DNA of 29,421 bases. It comes from Candidatus Acetothermia bacterium (GTDB taxonomy: Bacteria > Bipolaricaulota > Bipolaricaulia > M55B111). Positions 1 to 8,748 of this stretch are shown piece after piece. Under the pieces are notes generated by a model. That model made no database searches. It was not told the origin of the DNA and saw only the letters and a program-made list of their open reading frames with translations. A program made the translations under genes and the position numbers. The stretch lies in the NCBI GenBank assembly GCA_046543235.1, contig JBKGZT010000011.1, positions 1-29,421 of the forward strand, given 5' to 3'. Position 1 is the stretch's first letter. The number at the start of each line of letters is the position of its first letter.

Positions 1-126
1 AAAGTTCCAACCAGGTACCCACCCTCTTTAACGAATTCCTCAAACTTCGATTCCATGAACCTGTAAAGGACAGGAAAAGGCCCGCTAAATTACTTGGGAG
101 CGGACCAGGTGAAAGTAATGGTCGCC

Positions 127-1137
127 TTACTGGAGCTCCACCCATTTCTCTTTCTCGGCAGATTCTCTGATCGCTTCCAGGACTTTAGCGTTATTAATGC
201 TATCCTCGGGATCCACGAGGGGCCTAGTGCCTTCCTTAACAGAATTTACCAGACCTTCGACCTCAAGGGCGTATTCGTTAACCCCTTTTACGGCTTCCTT
301 TTCCGTCACGTTGCCTTTCTTTATCTCTATCCTGGTTTCCTTACCCAGACCGGGATTGTAGGTGTTAAAAGCCTCTATCTTCCCGTTTTCGCTTACCACC
401 TCGTAGTTCGCCCGGTGGTCCAGGAGGAAGCTGCTGTCAATAGCGGCTGACTTGTTTCCGGGAAACTCCAGTATAGCCTGTGTTTCGGCTTCAGCCGTAT
501 GATCCGGGTGTTTTCTATCTCCTGCGAAGACTCTATTCGGTTCTTCGTCAAAGAGGTAACGCACGGTATTGACGGAATAGGTACCCAGGTCCATAAGGCT
601 GCCTCCATCCATCTCTTCCTTCCACCTTATGTCGTCTTCTCGGTTCTCGGTTACCAGGGAGAAGCTGTGGGCACCGCGGAAGAACCTTGGCTCGCCAATT
701 ATCCCTTCTTCCAGTAATTCCTTCACCTTACGGACCTGAGGGTGAAAGCGGTACATGAAGCCTTCCATTAAAGTTACCCCTTCCTTCTCCGCGACCTCGA
801 AGGTCTCCGCAACCTCCCTGGCAGTGGCACCCAGCGGCTTTTCACAGAGGACGTGCTTGCCGTGCCGGGCCGCTTCTCTCGACCACTTTCCGTGCAGGTG
901 GTTGGGCAGAGGAACGTAGACAAAATCTATTGAGTCGTCTTCCAGAAGCTCCTCGTAAGAGCCGAAGCTATTCGGTACGTCAAACCGTTCCGCAAACTCC
1001 CCCGCGCTCTCCTTGCTCCGGGAGGCGATTCCCGCCAGCTCGGAGTTGCTCGCGTCCCTTATACCAGGAACGAGTGCCTCCCTCGCTATCTTTGCTGTAC
1101 CCAGAATTCCCCACTTTGCTTTGCCTTCGACTTTCAA
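127..1137 (-). CDS. Gfo/Idh/MocA family NAD(P)-dependent oxidoreductase (sugar dehydrogenase-like)
   Basis: WGILGTAKIA dinucleotide-binding start, VYVPLPNHLH, KHVLCEKP, EGFMYRFHPQ and GGSLMDLGTY motifs. The ORF track starts at GTG 1149, which overlaps the SD AGGAGG, so TTG at 1137 is preferred. Confidence 0.9.
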   Translation of the reverse strand: MKVEGKAKWGILGTAKIAREALVPGIRDASNSELAGIASRSKESAGEFAERFDVPNSFGSYEELLEDDSIDFVYVPLPNHLHGKWSREAARHGKHVLCEKPLGATAREVAETFEVAEKEGVTLMEGFMYRFHPQVRKVKELLEEGIIGEPRFFRGAHSFSLVTENREDDIRWKEEMDGGSLMDLGTYSVNTVRYLFDEEPNRVFAGDRKHPDHTAEAETQAILEFPGNKSAAIDSSFLLDHRANYEVVSENGKIEAFNTYNPGLGKETRIEIKKGNVTEKEAVKGVNEYALEVEGLVNSVKEGTRPLVDPEDSINNAKVLEAIRESAEKEKWVELQ

Positions 1138-1330
1138 GATACTACACACCTCCTAAAACACCCTAACTAACCATCAAACAAATCGACATCTTCCAATGTT
1201 TCGTGATATCCTCGCGAGGAGAATTGAAAATCCAGCTACCTGATCCCCGAGTCGATCAAGAACTTAAGGTTTTCACCGGATATAAAGTATAGGCCCCGAA
1301 CTACGAACTTCACGAGTTTCCGGGACCAAA

Positions 1331-2155
1331 TTATCCCTTGACCGAACCCGCAAGCAACCCTCGGATGAAGTACCGACCCATCAACACGTAAATCGCCAGC
1401 ACGGGCAAGGCCGCCAGCAGAGAGCCAGCCATCGGCAGGTTCCAACTAACTGCCTGTCCCCCGGCCAGCTGGGCTAGTCCAACCGTTATCGGGTTAGCGG
1501 AGTGCCTTGTCAGGGTAATCCCCCAGAGAAATTCGTTCCATATCTGGGTAAACTGCCAGATGACCACGACTACGAAACCGGGGAGGGAAAGCGGTAAGAT
1601 GATCCGCCTGTACATCCCGAAGAACCCCGCACCGTCCATCTGAGCCGACTCAATCATGGAGTCGGGTATCCGGGCATAAAAGTTCCGAAATATAAGGGAT
1701 GTTATCGGAATACCGTAGACGATATGAGCAAGCGCAAGACCCGGTATACCCCCGTAAAGGCCGAGATGCCTTAGCACCCGAAACAGGGGAATCAGGATGA
1801 TCTGATAGGGAATGAACATTCCAAACAGTACCAGCGTGAAGACGATCTCGTTCCCCGGGAACTTCCATTTGGAGAATACATAGCCGTTCAGAGAGCCGAT
1901 AACGGACGAAATTATCGTGGCGGAAACCGCAAGATAAAGGCTATTCATGAAGTTCGGTCCCAGATTCTCGTAAGCGGCGGCAAAGCTTCCCCAGTTAATG
2001 TCGCCCGGGGGTTGCCAGGCGGTGGAGAGGCTTATATTTGCCGGGTGCTTGAGGGCGGTAATGACCGTCATATAGATCGGCATGAGGTATATGAGGGCAA
2101 AGAGAACGAGGCTGGTATAAATTACGATTTTACCCCAGTCGAACTTCTTTAACAT
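1331..2155 (-). CDS. Carbohydrate ABC transporter permease (MalG-like)
   Basis: Multiple TM helices, EAA loop (ESAQMDGAGFFG), FTQIWNEFLW. Start taken at MLKKF after SD AAGGAGGG; the ORF track starts at 2182. Confidence 0.9.
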   Translation of the reverse strand: MLKKFDWGKIVIYTSLVLFALIYLMPIYMTVITALKHPANISLSTAWQPPGDINWGSFAAAYENLGPNFMNSLYLAVSATIISSVIGSLNGYVFSKWKFPGNEIVFTLVLFGMFIPYQIILIPLFRVLRHLGLYGGIPGLALAHIVYGIPITSLIFRNFYARIPDSMIESAQMDGAGFFGMYRRIILPLSLPGFVVVVIWQFTQIWNEFLWGITLTRHSANPITVGLAQLAGGQAVSWNLPMAGSLLAALPVLAIYVLMGRYFIRGLLAGSVKG

Positions 2156-2156
2156 T

Positions 2157-3269
2157 TTAAGCCCTCCTTTCCCGGTAGGCACTTACCAGGTAAGGCACGA
2201 TAAATACCGCGACCATTGCGAACAAAACGACTGCAATTGCCGCCCCCGTGGCGAAGTTGTTGGCTCGGAAGGTCGTCAGGTACATCAGTACCGCGGGGTG
2301 GCTGGTCTCGGCGTTGTCGGGCCCCGTCATCGCAAATATGAGCGCAAACATCTTTAGTGAGATATGAGCAAGTATGATAACCGCGCTCAAGGTCATCGGT
2401 TTGAGTATCGGGATGGCCACTTTAAAGTAGTACTGGAACTGGTTTGCCCCGTCCAGCCGGGCCGCTTCTCTCAAATCCTCCGATATCCCGCGGAGCCCGG
2501 CCAAATATAGAGCCATGGTATAGCCGGAGTACTGCCAGATGGCCGTGATAATTATCCCTATCGTAGCCAGATTGAAGCCATGCTTCTCGGGCGTGGGGAG
2601 TATTTCCGGCGTAAACCTCGCCCCCCAGAGAGCCCAGACTAGAAGCAAGACTGCCGGGATAAGGCTCAAAGAAGCCTTCTTTTTAAGCCCGGTACTCCAC
2701 TGACGGAAGACGATAAACAGGAAGATGGCCGCTACCAGTATCGCGGTTATCCGAGGGAGATCCTGCCAGTTGAAGTTTAAAATAGACCAACGACTATTTA
2801 ACCAGCGGAAACCGAGGCCAGGAAGGCCGATCATCTCCGGTAGTTTATTGACTCCTCCCCTGGGAGCGAGGAGCCAGCGCCAGATAGTTCCAGTAACTAT
2901 AAATGAAAGGGACATGGGGTAAAGAAATATCGTTCTAAATACGTCTTCGCCCTTCGGACCCCTGTCCAGCAGTATTGCCAGAGTCAAACCGATACTTAGA
3001 GCCCCAAGGACGAGAAATACCGTGTAGAATACTGCGTTAACGATGTCCTGCCTGAACCTCGAATTGAGGAACCCGCTGAACAGGTCTCCATAGTTCTTCA
3101 ACCCGATGAAGTTCATCTCCAGGTTCTCCGACAGGGCAGCTCCCTTGCCCCAATCCGTCATCGAAACGTAGACAGTTTGGCCGATGAAAAAGTAAACGAA
3201 TATACCGATGAGAATCAGCGAGGGGAGGAGTACTAACAGAGCTTTAGCCTTATCTCCGTTGAACTTCAT
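2157..3269 (-). CDS. Carbohydrate ABC transporter permease (MalF-like)
   Basis: FIGLKNY, FRTIFLYPMSLS, EAA loop EAARLDGA, hydrophobic helices. Confidence 0.9.
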   Translation of the reverse strand: MKFNGDKAKALLVLLPSLILIGIFVYFFIGQTVYVSMTDWGKGAALSENLEMNFIGLKNYGDLFSGFLNSRFRQDIVNAVFYTVFLVLGALSIGLTLAILLDRGPKGEDVFRTIFLYPMSLSFIVTGTIWRWLLAPRGGVNKLPEMIGLPGLGFRWLNSRWSILNFNWQDLPRITAILVAAIFLFIVFRQWSTGLKKKASLSLIPAVLLLVWALWGARFTPEILPTPEKHGFNLATIGIIITAIWQYSGYTMALYLAGLRGISEDLREAARLDGANQFQYYFKVAIPILKPMTLSAVIILAHISLKMFALIFAMTGPDNAETSHPAVLMYLTTFRANNFATGAAIAVVLFAMVAVFIVPYLVSAYRERRA

Positions 3270-3301
3270 TGTTTAAATAACACCCGGAATAAAAAGGACA
3301 A

Positions 3302-3331
3302 GAGGAAGCCCGGGTCTCCCCGAGCTTCCTC
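3302..3331 (-). terminator. Stem-loop after the substrate-binding protein gene (partial terminator or mRNA stabiliser)
   Basis: Minus strand GAGGAAGCTCGGG-GAGA-CCCGGGCTTCCTC (13 bp, one G-U, GNRA loop) followed by TTGTCCTTTTT. Confidence 0.7.
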
Positions 3332-3343
3332 AATTAGAGAACT

Positions 3344-4621
3344 CTAATCGATGCCGTTCTGTCTTGCAATTGCCTGTGCGGCGGTTGCCGCCTGTTCCGG
3401 GTCCCTGTTGTTCAGGAACATTTCCATGACTTCGGCAAAGTCGTTCATGAAGCCTTCGTTTGCGGCCGTGCCGTGTTGCAGACTACCGACCAGCCTGTCG
3501 GAGCCGAAGTCCTCTGCTGCCGACTGAGAGTAGACGCTGTACTTTGAGAGATCGCTATCCAGCCTTGGCGAGATCGAACCCTTGAGCGGGTTGAATGTAT
3601 CCGATCCCTCCTTGGACCCCAGCAGCTTCAAGAACCCGATAGCGTTCTCCCTGTGAGGGGCACCATCCGGTAGACCAAACGAATCGGAGACGATCATGAA
3701 CTCGCCGCTCGTTCCCGGAGACGGGGCCCAGCCAAAGCCTTCTTTGGGTTCGAGTTCCAGCGTGGTGTCCATGTAACCAGCCGCCCAGTCACCCATGACG
3801 TTGAAGGCGGCGTCGCCTTCTACCACGAGATCGGTGGCCTGCTGCCACGAGAGGGAAGAGTAGTCGTCGTTGACGTATTCCATTATCTCGTCCAGCTTCT
3901 CCCAGACCGCGATACCCTCCTCGCTATCAAAGGCCAGTTCGCCTTCCCAGAGCGCTTCCCACTTGTCCGGGCCTAGCTCGGCAAGGGCGACGGATTCCCA
4001 AAGGTGGTTAACCGTCCAGTTAGTACCCAGAGCCAGCGGTGTTACGTCTTCTTCCTCTATCTTCGGTGCGATTTCCAGGAATTCATCCCAGCTATTCGGA
4101 ACTTCGACGCCCCACTCCTCCAGGTTCTCCGGCATGTACCACATGACGTTGGACCGGTGAACGGTTATCGGTACCGACCATATCCCTTCTTCCGTGCTCG
4201 CCAGGTCGATCAGCTCTTCGGGGAAGGAGTCCATCCAGCCTTCTTCCTCGTAAAGCCATGTCAGATCCTCCATCCTGTCTGCTTCTACCCACGTACCGAT
4301 CAGCTCATCTCCTAAATGTACCTGAAAGCTGTCCGGCGGGTTACCCCCCAACATTCTGGTTTTCAGTACTGCTTTTGCATTCACTCCTGAGCCACCCGTA
4401 ACGGTAGCGTTCTCAACTTCTACGTCAGGATGTTTCTCCTCGTAGAGGTCGATCAATGCCTGCAGTGCCGGACCTTCGTCACCGGACCACCAGGAAAAGA
4501 TTTCAAGCTTTCCGGATAGGTCGTCTTCGTCAGAAGACGCAGCGGCTAACAGAGAAGTCCCGATCAAACCGATGGCAAGAACAGCAATAATGGTCAATAA
4601 CGCTTTTTTGTCCGTTAACAT
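3344..4621 (-). CDS. Sugar ABC transporter substrate-binding protein (glucose/mannose-binding type)
   Basis: Signal peptide, LEIFSWWSGDEG, GGNPPDSFQVH, VHRSNVMWY, AAFNVMGDWAAG, FNPLKGSISPR. Start ATG 4621 follows SD CAGGAGGGTG; the ORF track starts at 4702. Confidence 0.88.
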   Translation of the reverse strand: MLTDKKALLTIIAVLAIGLIGTSLLAAASSDEDDLSGKLEIFSWWSGDEGPALQALIDLYEEKHPDVEVENATVTGGSGVNAKAVLKTRMLGGNPPDSFQVHLGDELIGTWVEADRMEDLTWLYEEEGWMDSFPEELIDLASTEEGIWSVPITVHRSNVMWYMPENLEEWGVEVPNSWDEFLEIAPKIEEEDVTPLALGTNWTVNHLWESVALAELGPDKWEALWEGELAFDSEEGIAVWEKLDEIMEYVNDDYSSLSWQQATDLVVEGDAAFNVMGDWAAGYMDTTLELEPKEGFGWAPSPGTSGEFMIVSDSFGLPDGAPHRENAIGFLKLLGSKEGSDTFNPLKGSISPRLDSDLSKYSVYSQSAAEDFGSDRLVGSLQHGTAANEGFMNDFAEVMEMFLNNRDPEQAATAAQAIARQNGID

Positions 4622-4716
4622 TTTCTCACCCTCCTGTAAATAGTGAGTTGATAGTAGTAAGTTAAGCTCGAATAAACAGAATTTTGCTAGTTCTGTTTTC
4701 ACCCCCGGTTTTGCTT

Positions 4717-5901
4717 TTAACTCTTCATTAACGAAGAAAACTCGCTTGGATCGAGGAGGGCCGCGTTATAGTAATTTATAACCGCCCCCCGGGTTACCGA
4801 TCGGTCTTTGTCTAGGGGCTCCCTGATTTCCATCTCATCCAGCCCCATCGTCTCTTTGAGCCCTTCCGTAAATTTTTCCAGTCCCTCTAAAACATCATCG
4901 GATATCTCCGGAAAAGCATCCAGATCCACGATTAACAGCGACGGGCTAAAGGCATAAACTAGGTCCTTAATATTCTGTTCAACCGCTTTAACCACGGAGT
5001 CGGGCACGGAAACTCCGCCGTCTTCCCTCAATTTGCCGTTAACGAAGCTTTCCAGGCAGTTCGTGTTACCACACTTGGTTTCCGGCACCCTTAACTGTCC
5101 ATTTGCTGGTCCTACCGACATGTGACCAAACTCCCCCGCACTACCCTGTCCTCCGAGAAATATATCTCCACCGATCGCCACGCTTCCTCCTATTCGGACG
5201 GCCGGCCTTCTCTTCCCGCTCAACCTGGCCGAAAAGTAAAGAGCTACGTGTCCCGGGTCTTCGGTGGGCCCGAGCCTATCCAATTCTGAGAGCAACTGGA
5301 GATCCACGTCGTTCCCGAAGCTGGTCGGGAAACCCAGCTCCTCCTCCAGGGGGCCCTTAAGTTCTATATCCAGCGGGTCATCAAATCGACTGAAGGGCCT
5401 AAAACTTCCCCCCTGAACGACACCGGTAGCCGCGATGCCGGCTCCGACTACCGAACTCTCCTCCAGGCCTTCGTGGTAGATCAGGTCCTGGAACTCGTGA
5501 CTCAACTTTTCGGTCAAATATGGAACCGGCCGGCCCTGGAGGTCGTCCGGGTCCACGTAAGTGCCCTTGCTTGCCACCATCCTTCTCGAAAGGTCGTAGA
5601 GGGCAACGCGCAGATCCGGAATCTCCAGGTCCACGCCCAAACCGTAGATAGAGTTGTTATCCAGACCGTAAGTAATGGGCTTTCGGCCAGTAGGAATATC
5701 TTTGCGGCCCTTTTCGGCAATCAATCCTCTGGAGATCAAGCCGGAAAGCGCCTTGGCAACCGTGGGAGTGCTAAGTTCGGTGTTTTCCGAAAGTTGTTTT
5801 TTCGTTAAAGGGGAATCGTAGTATAGTTCCCTAAATACCCTCAACTGATTAAGGTGCTTTCCCCGACTCCTGTTCACTAGAGAACTCTTAGATTTCGCCA
5901 T
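4717..5901 (-). CDS. ROK family transcriptional regulator (XylR/NagC-like)
   Basis: N-terminal wHTH (LTKKQLSENTELSTPTVAKAL...GRKP), ROK signature GSAGEFGHM...CGNTNCLE. Confidence 0.9.
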   Translation of the reverse strand: MAKSKSSLVNRSRGKHLNQLRVFRELYYDSPLTKKQLSENTELSTPTVAKALSGLISRGLIAEKGRKDIPTGRKPITYGLDNNSIYGLGVDLEIPDLRVALYDLSRRMVASKGTYVDPDDLQGRPVPYLTEKLSHEFQDLIYHEGLEESSVVGAGIAATGVVQGGSFRPFSRFDDPLDIELKGPLEEELGFPTSFGNDVDLQLLSELDRLGPTEDPGHVALYFSARLSGKRRPAVRIGGSVAIGGDIFLGGQGSAGEFGHMSVGPANGQLRVPETKCGNTNCLESFVNGKLREDGGVSVPDSVVKAVEQNIKDLVYAFSPSLLIVDLDAFPEISDDVLEGLEKFTEGLKETMGLDEMEIREPLDKDRSVTRGAVINYYNAALLDPSEFSSLMKS

Positions 5902-5956
5902 TTTTTAAACTCTTTTAAAAACTCCTTCGTGATTAACCGTTCCTTTATGCAACTTC

Positions 5957-5984
5957 ATTATATAGGGGAATAGGGGTTTGTCAA
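5957..5984 (-). promoter_or_regulatory. Sigma70-type promoter of the ROK/sugar ABC operon
   Basis: Minus strand TTGACA (5984-5979), 16-nt spacer, TATAAT (5962-5957); both hexamers are perfect consensus. Confidence 0.8.
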
Positions 5985-6231
5985 GCAGTTAATGATTTCT
6001 CTTTCAATAACTCGTATCCCCCGTTTCCCTCACAAAAAGGAAAACCTTCTAAAAAAGGTGAAAGAATCGAGTAGAAATAATTTGGTCCTAAGTTGTGTAA
6101 TTCTCTCACTCGAGATCAACTTCTAAGTCAGTATAAAAGATGAATTAACTACTGTTTGAGTGATTTAGTTTCTTCACCCAGTTGGTGACTTCCAAAAGGT
6201 TCAGACCAACTTGCTCTTCCGCAACTTTTAA

Positions 6232-6352
6232 CCAGCACCCAGATGAGAAAAGTAACCTGGAAATATAATCTACCACTAAACAAGCACGGCAGCCTATACC
6301 GTAGTCAAGTAAAAACTCTTGAGCCAAGTTTCGAAGCTCATCTGGGTGCTGG
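6232..6352. repeat. Perfect 16-bp inverted repeat with 89-bp spacer
   Basis: CCAGCACCCAGATGAG (6232-6247) and CTCATCTGGGTGCTGG (6337-6352). Confidence 0.9.
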
Positions 6353-6428
6353 ACCGAGTTCAGCTTGCAGAATATCCTTTACATTCAACCCTTCTTCCAG
6401 TTTAGGTGTTAAAACAGCTCAGCTCAGG

Positions 6429-6457
6429 TTGGTAAAAGTAACAAGCTGTAATATAAT
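6429..6457 (+). promoter_or_regulatory. Sigma70-type promoter of the AsrA-like gene
   Basis: TTGGTA (6429-6434), 17 nt, TATAAT (6452-6457). Confidence 0.6.
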
Positions 6458-6465
6458 TATTGTGA

Positions 6466-6483
6466 GTGTGAACATGTTTACTA
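6466..6483. promoter_or_regulatory. Rex-like operator
   Basis: GTGTGAACATGTTTACTA matches 11 of 14 specified positions of TTGTGAANNNNTTCACAA and lies just downstream of the -10 box. Confidence 0.4.
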
Positions 6484-6579
6484 CGTACTTTCGAAAATTC
6501 GGTCACCGAGTTTAAACAGGGCAGACCACTGGATAGAAGGGGTTAAACCCGTCAACACCAGATAGTAGGGGGGTGCCCA

Positions 6580-7632
6580 ATGAGTAATATCTATAGTTTG
6601 TCAGAGTGGGATCTGAGAAAGCTGGTCAACAACCTTTCCGAAGATAACTACATCTTTCTGCCGGTTCAATGCAAGCAGACCGAAGGGGGGAAAAGTAGAT
6701 GGGAGTTCATAAGATGGGACCCAAAAGAAACCCGCTTCCAGCTGAACTGCCGCCGGACTGACGCGCTCTGTTTCGACTTCTTCTTTCCCCCAAACAATAT
6801 AATGCATACCTTCCCCGAGGGTCAGCCCGGATCCGAAGAAGAAAAAGGGCTGGTGCTTCTCGGCTATAAGTCCTGCGACATAGACGCCCTGAAAGTCCTG
6901 GACAAGGCCTTCGACGAAGGAGAACTCGCCTACCCATTTTACAAGAGGCGGAGAGAGGAGACGACGATCATCTCCGTCGACTGCTTGGAGATAGCGGAGC
7001 CGTGTTTTTGCAACAAGGTCGGAGGGCAGCCTTATCCCGAGTTCGGATTCGACCTGAACATATCTACTCTGCCCCACTACGGGGACATGCTGATCGAGGT
7101 CGGAAAAAATTCCGAGAGAGGCCACGAAATTGCCGACCGATTTAGTCACCTGTTGACCGAAGCCACGGACAAGGAAATTGAACTGAGGGAAGCTCATCGG
7201 AAACAGATGATGAAAAAAATCGAGGAAAAAAACTCTTATTTCGAGATTACCCCGGAGCTAGGTAACGTATCAACTAGCGCCCCCTTCTGGGAGAAATACG
7301 CGACCAAGAACTGCTACTGCACGGCTTACACTTTAGCATGCCCGACTTCCAGAACGCTACAAAACTTCCAGGAGAGAGAGGACGGCCGAACGACCATTCA
7401 GGACAAAGTCTGGGACGGGGCAACTCTCAAAGATATACACGGGGAGTTATACTCCGACGATCCCACTGATAGCCGGATAAAGGAAATGTTTTACGATAAA
7501 TTCGACAGGTTTTACGAGGAACACGGCTACTACGGTTGTTCCGGTTGCGGTCTCTGTATATCTACCGCTGGCGGAAGTATAGATATCCGGGACGTATTCG
7601 CGGACGCGGGAAACTACCTGAAACACGACTGA
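6580..7632 (+). CDS. AsrA/HydB (sulfhydrogenase beta)/Flx-like iron-sulfur protein with degenerate 4Fe-4S motifs
   Basis: FFFPP, GYKSCD, YKRRRE, DC..PCFC, FWEKYA..C, GCSGCGLC..IDI follow the AsrA/HydB layout. Confidence 0.75.
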   Translation: MSNIYSLSEWDLRKLVNNLSEDNYIFLPVQCKQTEGGKSRWEFIRWDPKETRFQLNCRRTDALCFDFFFPPNNIMHTFPEGQPGSEEEKGLVLLGYKSCDIDALKVLDKAFDEGELAYPFYKRRREETTIISVDCLEIAEPCFCNKVGGQPYPEFGFDLNISTLPHYGDMLIEVGKNSERGHEIADRFSHLLTEATDKEIELREAHRKQMMKKIEEKNSYFEITPELGNVSTSAPFWEKYATKNCYCTAYTLACPTSRTLQNFQEREDGRTTIQDKVWDGATLKDIHGELYSDDPTDSRIKEMFYDKFDRFYEEHGYYGCSGCGLCISTAGGSIDIRDVFADAGNYLKHD

Positions 7633-7761
7633 CTTTCGGGGTTTCGAACCAGGAACCCAGCATGTCGGCTCCGTAGAGGGCTTCTTAACGAAGTCCAAGA
7701 GGGTGCTGGACAATCAGAGGCTGCTTTCCTAAGATATGGAGCGTCACGGAGGGATAAATTA

Positions 7762-8730
7762 ATGACGGGAAAGGTCCCCCCCGAAGAACTTCATAAGTTC
7801 GTCTTTTCACGGGTCGGCGCAGTTGACGAAGACGTCCAGGTCGGTCCCACCTATGGAGAGGACACTGCGGCGATAGATTTAGGAGAAGAGGTTCTTGTCG
7901 TAAATTCCGATCCGATCATCTACGGGGCTGAACGAATAGGCACTCTGGGAGTAAATATCGCGAGCAATGACGTCGGGGCTTCCGGAGCCGACCCGGAGTG
8001 GATGACGGTCACCTACCTCCTTCCGGATCGAGACGGGGAGTTGTTGGATCATATCACCAGGGCGGTCGACAGGATTTCCCGGGAACTGGGAATAGCGATA
8101 GTCGGCGGCCACTCGGAGTACATCGCCGAAGTCGAGCGACCGTTTCTCGCCCTAACGTGTTTCGGCCGAACCGATAGGTACGTTCCGACGGGAGGAGCCC
8201 ATCCGGGCGAGAGAGTGATACTAACCAAAGGAGCCGGCCTGGAAGCGACCGGCATAATCGCCACCGACTTCAGGGAGGAGCTGGAGGGCTCGGTAAGCTC
8301 CGAGCTGATAGAAAAAGGCGAGGAGAGATTAACCCAGCTAAGCATTCTGCCGGAGGCGGGGTTGCTTAAACCTTACGCAACCGCCATGCACGATCCAACC
8401 GAGGGAGGGGTGGTCAATGGCCTATTCGAGCTGGCGGCGGCCTCTTCCGTAAAGCTAGAAATAAATCGGTCCGAAATCATCGTCGGAGAGGAGACGAGAA
8501 AGCTCTGTTCGGTCATGGGGGTAAACCCACTCAAGGTATTTGGTTCCGGAGCCCTGCTGGCAACCGTTCCGGAAGAAAAGGCGGAAGAAGCCATCGAAGT
8601 CCTTGTCAACAGCGGGATACCGGCTTCCATCATCGGCACTGTAAAAACGGGAGATATCCCGGAACTGGTCATTGGAGACGAGGTCTTCAAAGAACCGGTC
8701 AGGGACCAGCTTTACGACCTCTGGGATTAG
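7762..8730 (+). CDS. AIR synthase-related protein (HypE/PurM superfamily)
   Basis: GKVPPE, GEDTAAID, SDPI, SNDVGASGA, IVGGHSE, AMHDPTEGGV, GSGALL. Confidence 0.88.
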   Translation: MTGKVPPEELHKFVFSRVGAVDEDVQVGPTYGEDTAAIDLGEEVLVVNSDPIIYGAERIGTLGVNIASNDVGASGADPEWMTVTYLLPDRDGELLDHITRAVDRISRELGIAIVGGHSEYIAEVERPFLALTCFGRTDRYVPTGGAHPGERVILTKGAGLEATGIIATDFREELEGSVSSELIEKGEERLTQLSILPEAGLLKPYATAMHDPTEGGVVNGLFELAAASSVKLEINRSEIIVGEETRKLCSVMGVNPLKVFGSGALLATVPEEKAEEAIEVLVNSGIPASIIGTVKTGDIPELVIGDEVFKEPVRDQLYDLWD

Positions 8731-8748
8731 ACACGAAAGAGGTTTTGT

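Noticed and set aside
1..56. Possible start of a further minus-strand gene (MESKFEEFVKEGGYLVGT...)
   Set aside because: Only 18 codons are visible, with no clear SD and no recognisable motif.
6310..6345. Hammerhead-like CAGATGAG...CGAAAC on the minus strand
   Set aside because: The core reads CAGAUGA rather than CUGAUGA, and stem I cannot form next to a cleavage triplet.
6221..6364. Integron attC-like reading (AAC...long stem...GTTCAGC)
   Set aside because: No extrahelical bases in the arms, poor R-box match, no cassette ORF, no integrase, single copy.
6145..6515. Short ORFs 6145-6327 (-) and 6243-6515 (+)
   Set aside because: No SD or family motif, composition unlike the acidic real proteins, and they overlap the inverted repeat and promoter.
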